This document shows, in pieces, positions 1 through 9,686 of a DNA stretch of 45,036 bases; within the stretch, counting starts at the first letter, position 1, and every line of letters starts with the position of its first letter. The position numbers and the translations under genes are program-made. Below the pieces are notes generated by a model. That model saw only the letters and a list, made by a program, of their open reading frames with translations, searched no databases and was not told where the DNA came from. This DNA comes from Candidatus Xenobia bacterium (lineage in GTDB: Bacteria > Vulcanimicrobiota > CADAWZ01), in NCBI GenBank assembly GCA_031551355.1, contig JAVBNT010000018.1:1-45036 (forward strand). The letters are read 5' to 3'.

Positions 1-321
1 AAACGCAATCAAATTGACTATGAGTCATATAATTCCCTCCGACTCAGGATTCCCGCACGAGAAATTTTATGCTGTTTGTAGTCAGTTTGGTAGTCTTTCC
101 TGTATGCGTCCTTTGCCGACTAAACACGCCCCTATGTGAAACTGTTTGCTTGAGTCTGTTTTAGGTTACGATATAGGGGCCCCCGCGTTTAATCGGACTG
201 CAGGATCGCCCACAGGAAAAAGACCTGACTGGAGTTTATCCCGCTATAAGAAAAAAACAACGTCATTTTAGACAAAAATTTCGTCTCGAAAATTTGTTCA
301 TAAAACGGCAAAATTTAGATG

Positions 322-364
322 CCCTTAAATATATGCCGGGGATATTAGGTCTTTAGATTTAGAC
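322..364. repeat. Direct repeat copy 1, cccttaaatatatgccgg... A diverged second copy lies at 716-758, about 75% identical over 43 bp.
   Basis: Both copies share the 17-mer cccttaaatatatgccg followed by similar sequence, and they bracket the inverted-repeat element at 382-581. Confidence 0.4.
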
Positions 365-381
365 TCACAATCTGATAAGTT

Positions 382-581
382 GCTTTTGTTTGGTTGATTT
401 TTTGTCTATCGCGGGAGGAAGCGGGCCCCTTAAGGAAGCAAATTCTGATCTGATTCCATCAAAATGCATGTCCGAAGCGACGGAGCGGAAGCGTAGGAGT
501 GAGTTCGCATTTTGTCTCTTGAATTTGCTGAGATTAAGGTCGATTCCGGAGCGTCTTCGCAAAAAATCAACCAAACAAAAG
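382..581. repeat. Element bounded by a perfect 23-bp inverted repeat, gcttttgtttggttgattttttg ... caaaaaatcaaccaaacaaaagc, enclosing a ~154 bp purine-rich core.
   Basis: The two arms at 382-404 and 559-581 are exact reverse complements. The core carries repeated ggaagcg motifs. The small overlapping ORFs on both strands look like noise. Confidence 0.5.
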
Positions 582-715
582 CGGTCTGCGGGAAGGGATG
601 AGTTGTATGTAACTTATCAAAGCTTACTAAAATGTCTGTTGTTAGACAAAGTAAGCGTCTCATGCGTGAATCCCGCACACTAAATGTACAAATATAGACA
701 AATTGAAGTTAGATA

Positions 716-758
716 CCCTTAAATATATGCCGAAGATATCGGGCTTTAAAATTATAAA
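716..758. repeat. Direct repeat copy 2, cccttaaatatatgccgaagatatcgggctttaaa...
   Basis: Partner of the copy at 322-364. Confidence 0.4.
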
Positions 759-817
759 TGCAATAAATTTATCAGTGTCATTTTTATTATTTGTTAAAAA
801 GGTTTTGACTTGATAAT

Positions 818-846
818 TTGCAAATCAAATATAATTGATATATAAT
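818..846 (+). promoter_or_regulatory. Sigma70-like promoter TTGCAA-N17-TATAAT upstream of the ABC exporter pair.
   Basis: -35 ttgcaa at 818-823, a 17-bp spacer and -10 tataat at 841-846. This leaves a ~75 nt 5' UTR before the ATG at 927. Confidence 0.35.
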
Positions 847-926
847 AAATATTTGCCGCCGGAGCGGTAATCAAATATATACTTACCCATTACCATAAAA
901 CAGATTAACAGAGCAAAACAACCGCA

Positions 927-2660
927 ATGCTAAAAACACTGCTAAGCCGCATAAAACAATATAAAAAAGCCGCCATCCTCACACCCGTTTTCATGTTGGG
1001 AGAAGTATTCATGGAAGTGCTGATCCCTTTTCTGATGGCAAGTCTTATCGACAAAGGCATTACCGCCGGAAACCTCAGCTACATAGAGAGAATGGGAATT
1101 GCTCTTCTTTTGGCAGCACTTTTGGCTCTGCTGTTCGGTTCACTCAGCGGCGTTTTTGCCGCCCGCGCCTCAGCCGGTTTTGCCCATAACCTCAGACAGG
1201 ATATGTTTTATAATGTGCAAAACTTCTCGTTCTACAATATAGACAAATTTTCAACCGCCAGCATTATCACAAGAATGACAACCGATGTTACCTACGTACA
1301 GAACGCCTTTCAGGTTCTCATACGGGTTGCCGTAAGAGCACCGGCAATGCTGATTTTTTCACTGGCAATGGCTTTCAGTATTGACATACCTATTTCCCTG
1401 ATATTTCTCGGAGCTATTCCGATATTGGCAAGCGGCCTGTTTATAATCATCACAAAAGTACACCCTATTTTCAGACGTGTATTCGAACAATATGACGAGC
1501 TTAACAATATCGTTCAGGAAAACCTGCGCGGTATCAGAGTTGTAAAAACATACGTGCAGGAAGAATCGGAAAAAAAGAAATTTGCCGTAATTTCCGATGA
1601 TATTTACCATGAATATTCCAGAGCCGAAAAAATAATCGCTTTCAACGCACCACTGATGCAATTATGTATGAACGGCTGTATTTTGCTGATATCCTGGATT
1701 GGCGCGCGGCAGATAGTCTCCGGTTTAATGTCTACCGGAGAGCTTATGAGCATGATTGCCTATTCCATGCAGATACTAATGAGTCTGATGATGCTTTCAT
1801 TTGTATTCGTGATGATCATCATATCGCGTGCCTCCGCAGAGCGCATAACGGAACTTCTTAATGAAAAAACAGATCTCGCAAACGCTGAAAATCCGGTTAC
1901 GGATGTCAAAAACGGTTCCGTTTCCTTTGAAAACGTCAATTTCAGCTATACAAAAGACAAAGATAAATTTTGCCTAAGCGATGCAAATATAGAAATAAAA
2001 TCAGGAGAAACCGTAGGCCTAATCGGCAGTACCGGCAGTTCAAAAACAACTTTAATCCAACTGATCCCCCGGCTTTATGATGCAACCGAAGGACGGATAC
2101 TTGTCGGCGGGATCGATGTTAGAAATTATGATATTGAGTCGCTGCGCAACCAGGTTGCCGTAGTTCTTCAGAAAAACACGCTGTTTTCCGGAACCGTAAA
2201 AGAAAACCTTAGATGGGGAAACAAGGAGGCAAGCGATGAAGAGCTGACCAGATGCTGCAAACTGGCACAGGCCGACGAGTTCATAAGATCGTTTCCCGGC
2301 GGTTATGATTATCATATAGAGCAGGATGGCTCGAACGTGTCAGGCGGCCAAAAACAACGACTCTGTATTGCCAGGGCATTGCTTAAAAAACCAAAAATCC
2401 TCATTCTTGACGATTCTACAAGTGCGGTAGACACGAAAACCGATTCCCTGATACGCAAAGCCTTTAAGGAAGAGCTCCCCAATACAACAAAGTTCATCAT
2501 TTCGCAGCGGATTTCATCGGTAATTGAAGCCGATAAAATCATTGTGATGGATGGCGGTAAAATAAATGCCGTGGGCACACATGAGGAACTATTAAAAACA
2601 AACCATATCTACAGTGAGGTTTACAACTCTCAGATGCAGGGAGGGGATTTTGATGAATAA
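927..2660 (+). CDS. ABC transporter, fused permease and ATP-binding protein (type I exporter half-transporter, subunit A).
   Basis: 577 aa with an N-terminal 6-TM domain. Walker A GSTGSSKTT, ABC signature VSGGQKQRLCIARAL, Walker B ILILDDSTSAVD. Confidence 0.9.
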   Translation: MLKTLLSRIKQYKKAAILTPVFMLGEVFMEVLIPFLMASLIDKGITAGNLSYIERMGIALLLAALLALLFGSLSGVFAARASAGFAHNLRQDMFYNVQNFSFYNIDKFSTASIITRMTTDVTYVQNAFQVLIRVAVRAPAMLIFSLAMAFSIDIPISLIFLGAIPILASGLFIIITKVHPIFRRVFEQYDELNNIVQENLRGIRVVKTYVQEESEKKKFAVISDDIYHEYSRAEKIIAFNAPLMQLCMNGCILLISWIGARQIVSGLMSTGELMSMIAYSMQILMSLMMLSFVFVMIIISRASAERITELLNEKTDLANAENPVTDVKNGSVSFENVNFSYTKDKDKFCLSDANIEIKSGETVGLIGSTGSSKTTLIQLIPRLYDATEGRILVGGIDVRNYDIESLRNQVAVVLQKNTLFSGTVKENLRWGNKEASDEELTRCCKLAQADEFIRSFPGGYDYHIEQDGSNVSGGQKQRLCIARALLKKPKILILDDSTSAVDTKTDSLIRKAFKEELPNTTKFIISQRISSVIEADKIIVMDGGKINAVGTHEELLKTNHIYSEVYNSQMQGGDFDE

Positions 2661-4524
2661 AACCGTGCCCAAAAGCGAAACGGCCAAACGCCTGCTTTCA
2701 TATATCACAAAAAACCACAAGGGACCGCTTGCCGCTGTGCTTTTCTGTATCACAGTGAACGCCGTTGCCAACGTAGCCGGAGCAATGTTCATAAAAAGAC
2801 TGGTTGACGACTACATCTCCCCTATGCTGCTGACCGCAGATCCGGTGTTTACAGGACTTATCAATGCTATATTTATTATGGCGCTTATATACCTTACCGG
2901 AATAATAGCTATATTTATCTATAGCCGTATGATGGTCAATATTTCTCAGGGCGTGTTAAAAAGTATCCGCGACGATATGTTTTCGCATATGCAGTCGTTG
3001 CCGATAAAATATTTTGACACGCACACTTACGGAGATGTAATGAGCCTGTACACAAATGACACCGACACTCTGGACATGATGATTGCCCAGAGCATCCCCC
3101 AGGCATTGTCCTCAGTAGTGACAATCATATCCGTAACGTTCGGCATGCTTTTGCTCAGCATACCGTTGAGTATCCTGACTTTTGCATGCGTAGCCGTTAT
3201 GCTGCTGACTGTGAGAAAAATAGGCGGCAGATCGGCTGTATATTTTTCGGCACAGCAGGCGGCAATCGGCAAGATCAACGGCTTTATTGAAGAGACTATA
3301 AACGGCCAGAAAGTCGTCAAAGTCTTCTGCCATGAAGATGAGGCTAAAGCCGATTTTGACAAAAAAAACGACGAGCTATGTAAAAATACCACCTCCGCCA
3401 ACACTTTTGCCAATATAGTAATGCCGGTAATATCAAACCTCGGCAACGTTCAATATGTTTTGATTGCCGTAATCGGCGGCACGATGGCAATCAAGGGAGT
3501 AAGCGGCGTAACATTGGGAGCGATCGCATCGTTTCTGACGCTGTCCAAAAGCTTCAGTCAGCCGATTGCCCAGATCTCACAGCAGGTAAATACCATCATA
3601 ATGGCGCTTGCGGGTGCAGAACGTATTTTTGCCCTGCTGGATGAAGAAACCGAAGCCGACAGCGGCTACGTGACGCTTGTAAATGCAAAATATGAAAACG
3701 AAAACCTTATCGAATGCCGGGAACATACCGGTATGTGGGCCTGGAAACACCCGCACGTAAAAAAACAGACTGTAACTTTCACCGAATTAAAGGGAGATGT
3801 AAGTCTTTTCGACGTTGATTTTAGTTATAACGATGAAAAGCTCGTTCTAAAGAATGTTTCCATTGCGGCAAAACATGGGGAAAAAATAGCGCTTGTAGGA
3901 GCTACCGGAGCCGGTAAGACGACAATAACAAATCTACTCAACCGTTTTTACGACATCGCCGACGGCAAAATAAGGTTTGACGGTATAAATATAACTAAAA
4001 TAAGAAAAAGCGATCTCAGGGACTCTATGGGCATCGTGCTTCAGGATACTAACCTTTTCACAGGAACCATATCGGACAACATACGCTACGGCAAACCGGA
4101 GGCTACACAGGAAGAAATTGTTGCGTCGGCAAAACTTGCCAATGCCCATGATTTCATTACGCGGCTTCCCGAAGGATATGACACTGTAATATCCGGCGAC
4201 GGCAGCAATCTGTCACAGGGGCAGAGACAGCTTATTTCCATTGCCAGAGCAGCAATAGTAGATCCGCCGGTAATGATTCTTGACGAAGCCACCTCAAGCA
4301 TTGATACACGCACCGAGGCAATAGTACAGAAGGGTATGGATATGCTGATGCATGGACGCACAGTATTTGTAATTGCCCACAGGCTGTCTACCATTCATAA
4401 TGCCGATAAAATAATTGTAATGGATCACGGACAAATTATCGAAACAGGCAACCATGAGTCGTTGATGAACGAAAAAGGAAAATACTACCAGCTCTACACC
4501 GGCTCCTTCACAGCCAAAAGGTAG
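2653..4524 (+). CDS. ABC transporter, fused permease and ATP-binding protein (subunit B of the heterodimeric exporter).
   Basis: The ATG at 2653 is preceded by ggagggg and overlaps the upstream stop at 2658-2660, which suggests translational coupling. Walker A GATGAGKTT, signature LSQGQRQLISIARA, Walker B MILDEATSSID. There is a ~50 aa insertion before the nucleotide-binding domain. Confidence 0.88.
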   Translation: MNKTVPKSETAKRLLSYITKNHKGPLAAVLFCITVNAVANVAGAMFIKRLVDDYISPMLLTADPVFTGLINAIFIMALIYLTGIIAIFIYSRMMVNISQGVLKSIRDDMFSHMQSLPIKYFDTHTYGDVMSLYTNDTDTLDMMIAQSIPQALSSVVTIISVTFGMLLLSIPLSILTFACVAVMLLTVRKIGGRSAVYFSAQQAAIGKINGFIEETINGQKVVKVFCHEDEAKADFDKKNDELCKNTTSANTFANIVMPVISNLGNVQYVLIAVIGGTMAIKGVSGVTLGAIASFLTLSKSFSQPIAQISQQVNTIIMALAGAERIFALLDEETEADSGYVTLVNAKYENENLIECREHTGMWAWKHPHVKKQTVTFTELKGDVSLFDVDFSYNDEKLVLKNVSIAAKHGEKIALVGATGAGKTTITNLLNRFYDIADGKIRFDGINITKIRKSDLRDSMGIVLQDTNLFTGTISDNIRYGKPEATQEEIVASAKLANAHDFITRLPEGYDTVISGDGSNLSQGQRQLISIARAAIVDPPVMILDEATSSIDTRTEAIVQKGMDMLMHGRTVFVIAHRLSTIHNADKIIVMDHGQIIETGNHESLMNEKGKYYQLYTGSFTAKR

Positions 4525-4533
4525 TCCGCGGCT

Positions 4534-6867
4534 TTATACCTGCAGAAGATTCGACATCACTTCACATGTCTTTACATAGCACTTGTGAAGATCATTCAAA
4601 TACATCTTTGCATAATCATAATGTCCCCTCTTCAGGGTTTCACTCAGGGTACCCGCATAAGCCGCCAGGCTGGGCAATGCAAAATCCTGTGATTTCTGAA
4701 CAAGTATTCTGGCGATGCTGTCGGCCTTAATATAGTCTCCGGAGTCCATCGCCGATTCAAGTTTGCCATAAAAATCACTTTGTATAAATTCATTGCAAAG
4801 TATCGCCAGGGCAATATTATTATTGTCATGCATATCCAGAGCCATTTCATAGTTGAAATAGCTTTTATCAAAACCGATATCAATAATATTGGGCTTAAAT
4901 GTCGCCGTCTTTATGGTAGGGAGCTTGCCTGATTCCGGATCTCCGTAGTTGACAAGCGAATTTATCACCACAACCATTTTATCAACGTCAACCGGTTTGC
5001 CGATATGAGCGTCCATTCCTTCGGAAAGACTGCGCTCAACATCTTCCTTGAAAACATTGGCGCTCATTGCAACAATGGGAACTTCGGAAAAAGGCTTATC
5101 CATCGCCCGTATAAGGCGTGTCGCCTCATAACCGTCCATAACCGGCATCTGTATATCCATAAGTATAATATCGTATTTCGTTTGAGTTGCTTTTTCAACA
5201 GCTTCCTTACCGTCACATGCATCTTCAAAAACAATCCCCGTTTCCGCTAAAAGTTCGTGGACGATAATACGGTTTAGCTCAACATCATCGACCAGCAGAA
5301 CTTTCTTATCCTTAAAAATACCGCCTATATCTTCTATTTTAAAATCTTCTATTTTTAAATCGTCTTCTCTGGCAATAGGCAGATCTAAATCAAAAGAAAA
5401 TGTCGAACCTTCGCCATACTTTGTCTCAACAGCGATATCGGAGCCCATAATATTTATAAGTCTTTTGCTGATCACCAGGCCCAAACCGGTTCCGCCGTAT
5501 TTGCGGGTAATCGTTCCGTCAGCCTGGACAAAAGGACTAAAAAGTCTGGCAAGCTGATCTTCCGTTATGCCGATACCTTTGTCGGACACTGAAAAATGAA
5601 GATTGACGCTTCCCTTACTTTTGGAGTTCATTTTTACTGTGACCGACATCTCACTGTCTTTAGGCGTAAATTTTACGGAATTTGATAAAAAATTCAAAAG
5701 AACCTGGGAGATACGCAGGGAATCCCCTATCAGGAAAGGCGGAATACCGGCATCAATCTTAACCGCCAGCCTGATATTTTTTTCCTTAACCTTAGGCTCG
5801 ATCAAAACAGCTATTTTCTGAATCATATTGGATACGGAAAAAGCACCGAGATTAAGCTCCAGTTTACCCTCTTCTATTTTCGATAAATCAAGAACATCGT
5901 TGATAAGGCTGAGTAAATGATTGGACGACAATTTTATTGTTTCTATACACTCTCTGAGCTTATCCACACTGTCGGTCTTATCGGTTATCTGAGTCATACC
6001 GATAATAGCATTGAGCGGAGTGCGCATTTCATGGCTCATACGCGACAAAAACTCGCTTTTGGAACGGTTTGCCGCTTCGGCGGCAATTCTGGCATCGTTC
6101 AAATTATTCTCAAGTTCCTTTTGAATGGATATATCCACAAACGTGTCAACAAGATAATCCTTATTATCAATATTTATCCATGTACCGGTCTTTATGATCG
6201 GCAAAAAACTGCCGTCTTTACGCTGCAAAAACCTTTCTCCCAGTAAAACCTGTTTGTCACGCTCATTCACATGCGGACAAAGATCGGGATTTTGATGACA
6301 AAGGATATCAAAACATTTCTTGCCGACAATCTCCTCAGACTTCATTTGCAGCAATTCTTCCGTATACTGGTTGACCATCTCAATAATGTTTGTTTCCATG
6401 TTAATCAAAACGATGCCTATTTTTGAGGAGTCAAGCACTTTCTGAAACAACTCGCTACTTTTTTTCAGACGTTCATTCATTTTGGTAAGTTCATTCACAT
6501 CGCGCATAACGGCAACAGTCCCGTATTCCTCGCCATTAGGACCGTACAAAGGAAAAACGGTCATCTCAACTTTAATCGGGCTGCCGTCTTTATGCTTGAT
6601 ATAACTTATACCGGTCCAAAAGCCCTTCGCAAAAACGGAGGGCTGGATAAATTCCTTGGCAATATCATCAGCCTCTTTGGTATGCAGCTGTTCCGTTGTC
6701 GTTATATCCGGTCTTTCATCCGGAGAATATCCCATCATCCTGTAAGCTGCCGGATTAAAATAAATAATTTTCCTGTTGGTATCGGCTATGGAGATAAAGT
6801 CTGTAAAACTGTCAATCATAGAAGCCTTGATGCGATTCATGTAAGCATCACTAAGATGATCTGCCAT
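4534..6867 (-). CDS. Hybrid sensor histidine kinase with PAS domains, HisKA, HATPase_c and a receiver domain, and a possible C-terminal Hpt domain.
   Basis: H-box SHEMRTPLNAIIGM, G-box GGTGLGL and receiver motifs LLVDDVELNRII...DIILMDIQMPVMDGYEA. The longest ORF begins at 6999. The internal Met at 6867 has an AGGGAGA ribosome-binding site 5 nt upstream and leaves a sensible divergent promoter region. Confidence 0.85.
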   Translation of the reverse strand: MADHLSDAYMNRIKASMIDSFTDFISIADTNRKIIYFNPAAYRMMGYSPDERPDITTTEQLHTKEADDIAKEFIQPSVFAKGFWTGISYIKHKDGSPIKVEMTVFPLYGPNGEEYGTVAVMRDVNELTKMNERLKKSSELFQKVLDSSKIGIVLINMETNIIEMVNQYTEELLQMKSEEIVGKKCFDILCHQNPDLCPHVNERDKQVLLGERFLQRKDGSFLPIIKTGTWINIDNKDYLVDTFVDISIQKELENNLNDARIAAEAANRSKSEFLSRMSHEMRTPLNAIIGMTQITDKTDSVDKLRECIETIKLSSNHLLSLINDVLDLSKIEEGKLELNLGAFSVSNMIQKIAVLIEPKVKEKNIRLAVKIDAGIPPFLIGDSLRISQVLLNFLSNSVKFTPKDSEMSVTVKMNSKSKGSVNLHFSVSDKGIGITEDQLARLFSPFVQADGTITRKYGGTGLGLVISKRLINIMGSDIAVETKYGEGSTFSFDLDLPIAREDDLKIEDFKIEDIGGIFKDKKVLLVDDVELNRIIVHELLAETGIVFEDACDGKEAVEKATQTKYDIILMDIQMPVMDGYEATRLIRAMDKPFSEVPIVAMSANVFKEDVERSLSEGMDAHIGKPVDVDKMVVVINSLVNYGDPESGKLPTIKTATFKPNIIDIGFDKSYFNYEMALDMHDNNNIALAILCNEFIQSDFYGKLESAMDSGDYIKADSIARILVQKSQDFALPSLAAYAGTLSETLKRGHYDYAKMYLNDLHKCYVKTCEVMSNLLQV

Positions 6868-7039
6868 AAAATTCTCCCTAAATGAAACTGCGTTTATTAA
6901 GTCAATAGAAAATAAATCTTTTGAAGACATTATACTGTTAAAACGAATTAAAAACAAGCAATTACAGTTGAAATAAAAAAGGGGAGAACTGCAGCTCAAA
7001 TGAATTATCTAAACAAACATAAAAATGGAACATTAGTTT

Positions 7040-8440
7040 ATGAAAGAAACGGAAAAATATAAAAATATAAAATATTTTGTGCTTGCGGTAAGCTCTATCG
7101 CCGCATTTCTGACACCGTTTATGGTTTCCTCAATGAATGTAGCCCTGCCGACTCTGCAAAAAATATTTAAGGCCAATGCAGTGCTGCTGGGAATGATAGA
7201 AAACATCTATATGACAACGACACTTATAACCCTGATACTAACAGGCAAACTTGAGGAAATTTACGGCTGTAAAAAAATATTTATTGCCGGAACAGTTATT
7301 TTTGCCGGCGCAAGCCTCGGGTGCGCAACGGCACCCTCTATATATGTTCTTTTGCTGATGAGAGCCCTGCAGGGAGTCGGCGCATCATTTCTGATGGTCT
7401 CAAGCATGACATTAATTGTTTCCGTTTTTCCGGCAAATGAAAGAGGTATGGCACTGGGGATAAACTCTGCCGCCATCTATGTAAGCTCATCGGCCGGTCC
7501 TTACCTAAGCGGACTGATTTTAATGAAACTCCCCTGGCATACAATATTTTCAATACCGGCAATGGTATCAATCATGGCGTTTGTAAGCAGCAGCATTGTA
7601 TTAAGAAACATAGATTTGGGGAAAAACAGGCAAGACAAAATAGACGGCAAACAATTCCTGCTTTACGCCGCGGCGATAATCCTGGTCGTAATAGGCTTAT
7701 CGGAAATAGTCAGCCTGCACGGAATATTGATGACAGTTACCGGGACGGTAATGCTGGTTATATTTATCAGGCGGGAACTTAAATCTCCGGATCCCATTCT
7801 TGATCTGTCGCTTTTTCTGACAAATAAAGTTTTTGCCTACTCGTCCGCTGCATCATGCCTGAATTATATGTCGGTCATGGGAATAGGTTTCCTGCTGAGT
7901 ATCTTTCTTCAGTATATAAAAGGGTTTTCACCGTTCCAGGCCGGACTGATACTGCTGACGCAGCCATTGGCACAGGCGGTAGTATCTCCTCTGATGGGCA
8001 AACTTTCCGACAGGATACAACCGCGCTATCTGGCTACGGCCGGAATGATATTTATCGTCACGGGCCTGCTGGCACTGCTCCCCATAACCCCGTCATCACC
8101 GGTAACCCATCTGCAGCTGGTACTTGTTATTCTCGGAATTGGCTACGGCCTGTTTGCCGCACCCAACACCAATGCCATTATGAGCAGCGTAAAGCCCGAA
8201 CAATATGAAATGGCTTCCGGCATGGTCGCCGTCATACGCTCACTCGGTCAACTGGGCGGAATGACGATCAACACCCTCGTAATCGCCATTATTCTCGGAA
8301 AAATACAACTGGGCCCCCAACACACTGAACTGATTATGAAAACAATGAAAACATGCCTGACAATATTCACCGTAATATGCAGCTGCGGCATATACTTTTC
8401 CTTTTCAAGAGGTAATATAAGGGAAAAGAAACAGGCTTAA
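7040..8440 (+). CDS. MFS transporter, DHA2-like with 14 transmembrane segments.
   Basis: 466 aa of multi-TM protein with typical MFS loop motifs such as GKLSDRIQPR. Confidence 0.8.
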   Translation: MKETEKYKNIKYFVLAVSSIAAFLTPFMVSSMNVALPTLQKIFKANAVLLGMIENIYMTTTLITLILTGKLEEIYGCKKIFIAGTVIFAGASLGCATAPSIYVLLLMRALQGVGASFLMVSSMTLIVSVFPANERGMALGINSAAIYVSSSAGPYLSGLILMKLPWHTIFSIPAMVSIMAFVSSSIVLRNIDLGKNRQDKIDGKQFLLYAAAIILVVIGLSEIVSLHGILMTVTGTVMLVIFIRRELKSPDPILDLSLFLTNKVFAYSSAASCLNYMSVMGIGFLLSIFLQYIKGFSPFQAGLILLTQPLAQAVVSPLMGKLSDRIQPRYLATAGMIFIVTGLLALLPITPSSPVTHLQLVLVILGIGYGLFAAPNTNAIMSSVKPEQYEMASGMVAVIRSLGQLGGMTINTLVIAIILGKIQLGPQHTELIMKTMKTCLTIFTVICSCGIYFSFSRGNIREKKQA

Positions 8441-8460
8441 GATTTAATTCTGTCTTAATT

Positions 8461-8506
8461 AAAAAAGGGCACCGCGTTTCTTTCTTTGAATGCAATGCCC
8501 TTTTAA
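8461..8506. terminator. Hairpin (aagggca...tgccctttt) between convergent genes.
   Basis: A stem with a T-tract, sitting between the MFS gene end and the minus-strand exported-protein gene end. Confidence 0.35.
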
Positions 8507-8525
8507 TCAACCTATGTGATAATAT

Positions 8526-9533
8526 TTACTGTCTTACAACTTTATCCCCGGACTTTACAAGACTTGAACCGTATTTATTGTTCGAACCGGGACTGTTCTT
8601 TTTTCCCATAATCTTGCATTCGCTTGATTTTCTGCCGGCATTAGTCACTTTCAGTTCGGCAACGGTTTTGTCTATTTTCATGGTTCTGCCGGTTTTCGGA
8701 TCCTTTATCCGCTCGCTTCTGACAACATTAAGAACATCACCATTAGCCAGACCGTCTCTGGAAGTCAGATTTACATAGACCTTGTTATTGCGATCGACTT
8801 GAAGAATGTAACCTTCAAGCTGACCTGATATACCGGAGGAAGACGTCGTCTGAGAGGTCTGAGACATCGGTTCATAGTTCAGCTGCAGTCTGTCCAGCTG
8901 GGAAAAAAGGTCCAATGACGCCTCATAAACACCCTTGCCTATTACCGTGGAAGGAGTTCCGTTAACATAGGACTCATTACCGGCATAAAGGGAATTTATT
9001 GACGAGGCGGGAAAAGTAATCTCTTTTCTTGACGAAACGCTGCTCACCAGTTTACCTGTGCTTACTTCCAAAATATCAAGCGAACAGAGCATACGGATCC
9101 TGCCATCCCCCCTGTTGCCGATACCAATCTTTATATCGCCAATCGGAACATTTATACGGCCGTTATCGACAAGCTCAAACTCACCTACATTGCCGACAAT
9201 CACATATCTGCCGCCTATCGAGCCGCCTATTTTCATCGCGTCCTCGGTAGACAATACTTCAGACTTGTAATATTTGCCCGTAATCGAACCGGCACGTCCC
9301 CTGTCAACGGTCATAAATCTCGAATCTGATGACAATCTTGAACTGAGAGCATTGAAAAATGCCTGCCCGGGTTCAAAATCACTGCCCCATTTATACTGAA
9401 TCCACCAATTTTTTACATTTTGAGATGTTCCCACCGGCAGCAGCAATGCGGGTCTGGCATCCTGCCCCCAAACAGAATGGGACAACAAAAAAACAAAAGA
9501 CAAAACAAAAATAATTTTTCCCAGATTTTTCAT
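8526..9533 (-). CDS. Hypothetical exported protein.
   Basis: 335 aa with N-terminal signal peptide MKNLGKIIFVLSFVFLLSHSVWGQ. No recognisable catalytic motif. Confidence 0.6.
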   Translation of the reverse strand: MKNLGKIIFVLSFVFLLSHSVWGQDARPALLLPVGTSQNVKNWWIQYKWGSDFEPGQAFFNALSSRLSSDSRFMTVDRGRAGSITGKYYKSEVLSTEDAMKIGGSIGGRYVIVGNVGEFELVDNGRINVPIGDIKIGIGNRGDGRIRMLCSLDILEVSTGKLVSSVSSRKEITFPASSINSLYAGNESYVNGTPSTVIGKGVYEASLDLFSQLDRLQLNYEPMSQTSQTTSSSGISGQLEGYILQVDRNNKVYVNLTSRDGLANGDVLNVVRSERIKDPKTGRTMKIDKTVAELKVTNAGRKSSECKIMGKKNSPGSNNKYGSSLVKSGDKVVRQ

Positions 9534-9686
9534 AGAAAGCTCCTCTCTTTTACAATGCCATATACAAGCTATATATTTTTACACTCAAAGTGTATATGTC
9601 ATTATATCAAAAAAAAATACATAGTTCAAATAAAAAAACACCGAAAATCGACCATTCCATGGCCATTACCACAAGAATACAAAATA

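Noticed and set aside
1-320. Possible tRNA or 5S rRNA at the window start.
   Set aside because: No GTTCGAATC-type T-loop, no cloverleaf and no 5S consensus. Only small hairpins (cccctat...atagggg).
365-683. Three overlapping small ORFs (69-97 aa) on both strands inside the inverted-repeat element.
   Set aside because: They overlap each other in different frames, have no RBS and no protein-like composition, and lie within a palindromic repeat. Treated as non-coding.
322-760. Possible CRISPR array (repeated cccttaaatatatgcc).
   Set aside because: Only two copies, about 75% identical, about 390 bp apart, with no regular spacing and no cas genes. Not a CRISPR.
1310-4394. Numerous minus-strand ORFs (60-139 aa) inside the ABC transporter genes, and similar antisense ORFs inside other long genes.
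   Set aside because: They are antisense to well-supported, motif-bearing CDSs and show no signals of their own. Treated as shadow ORFs.
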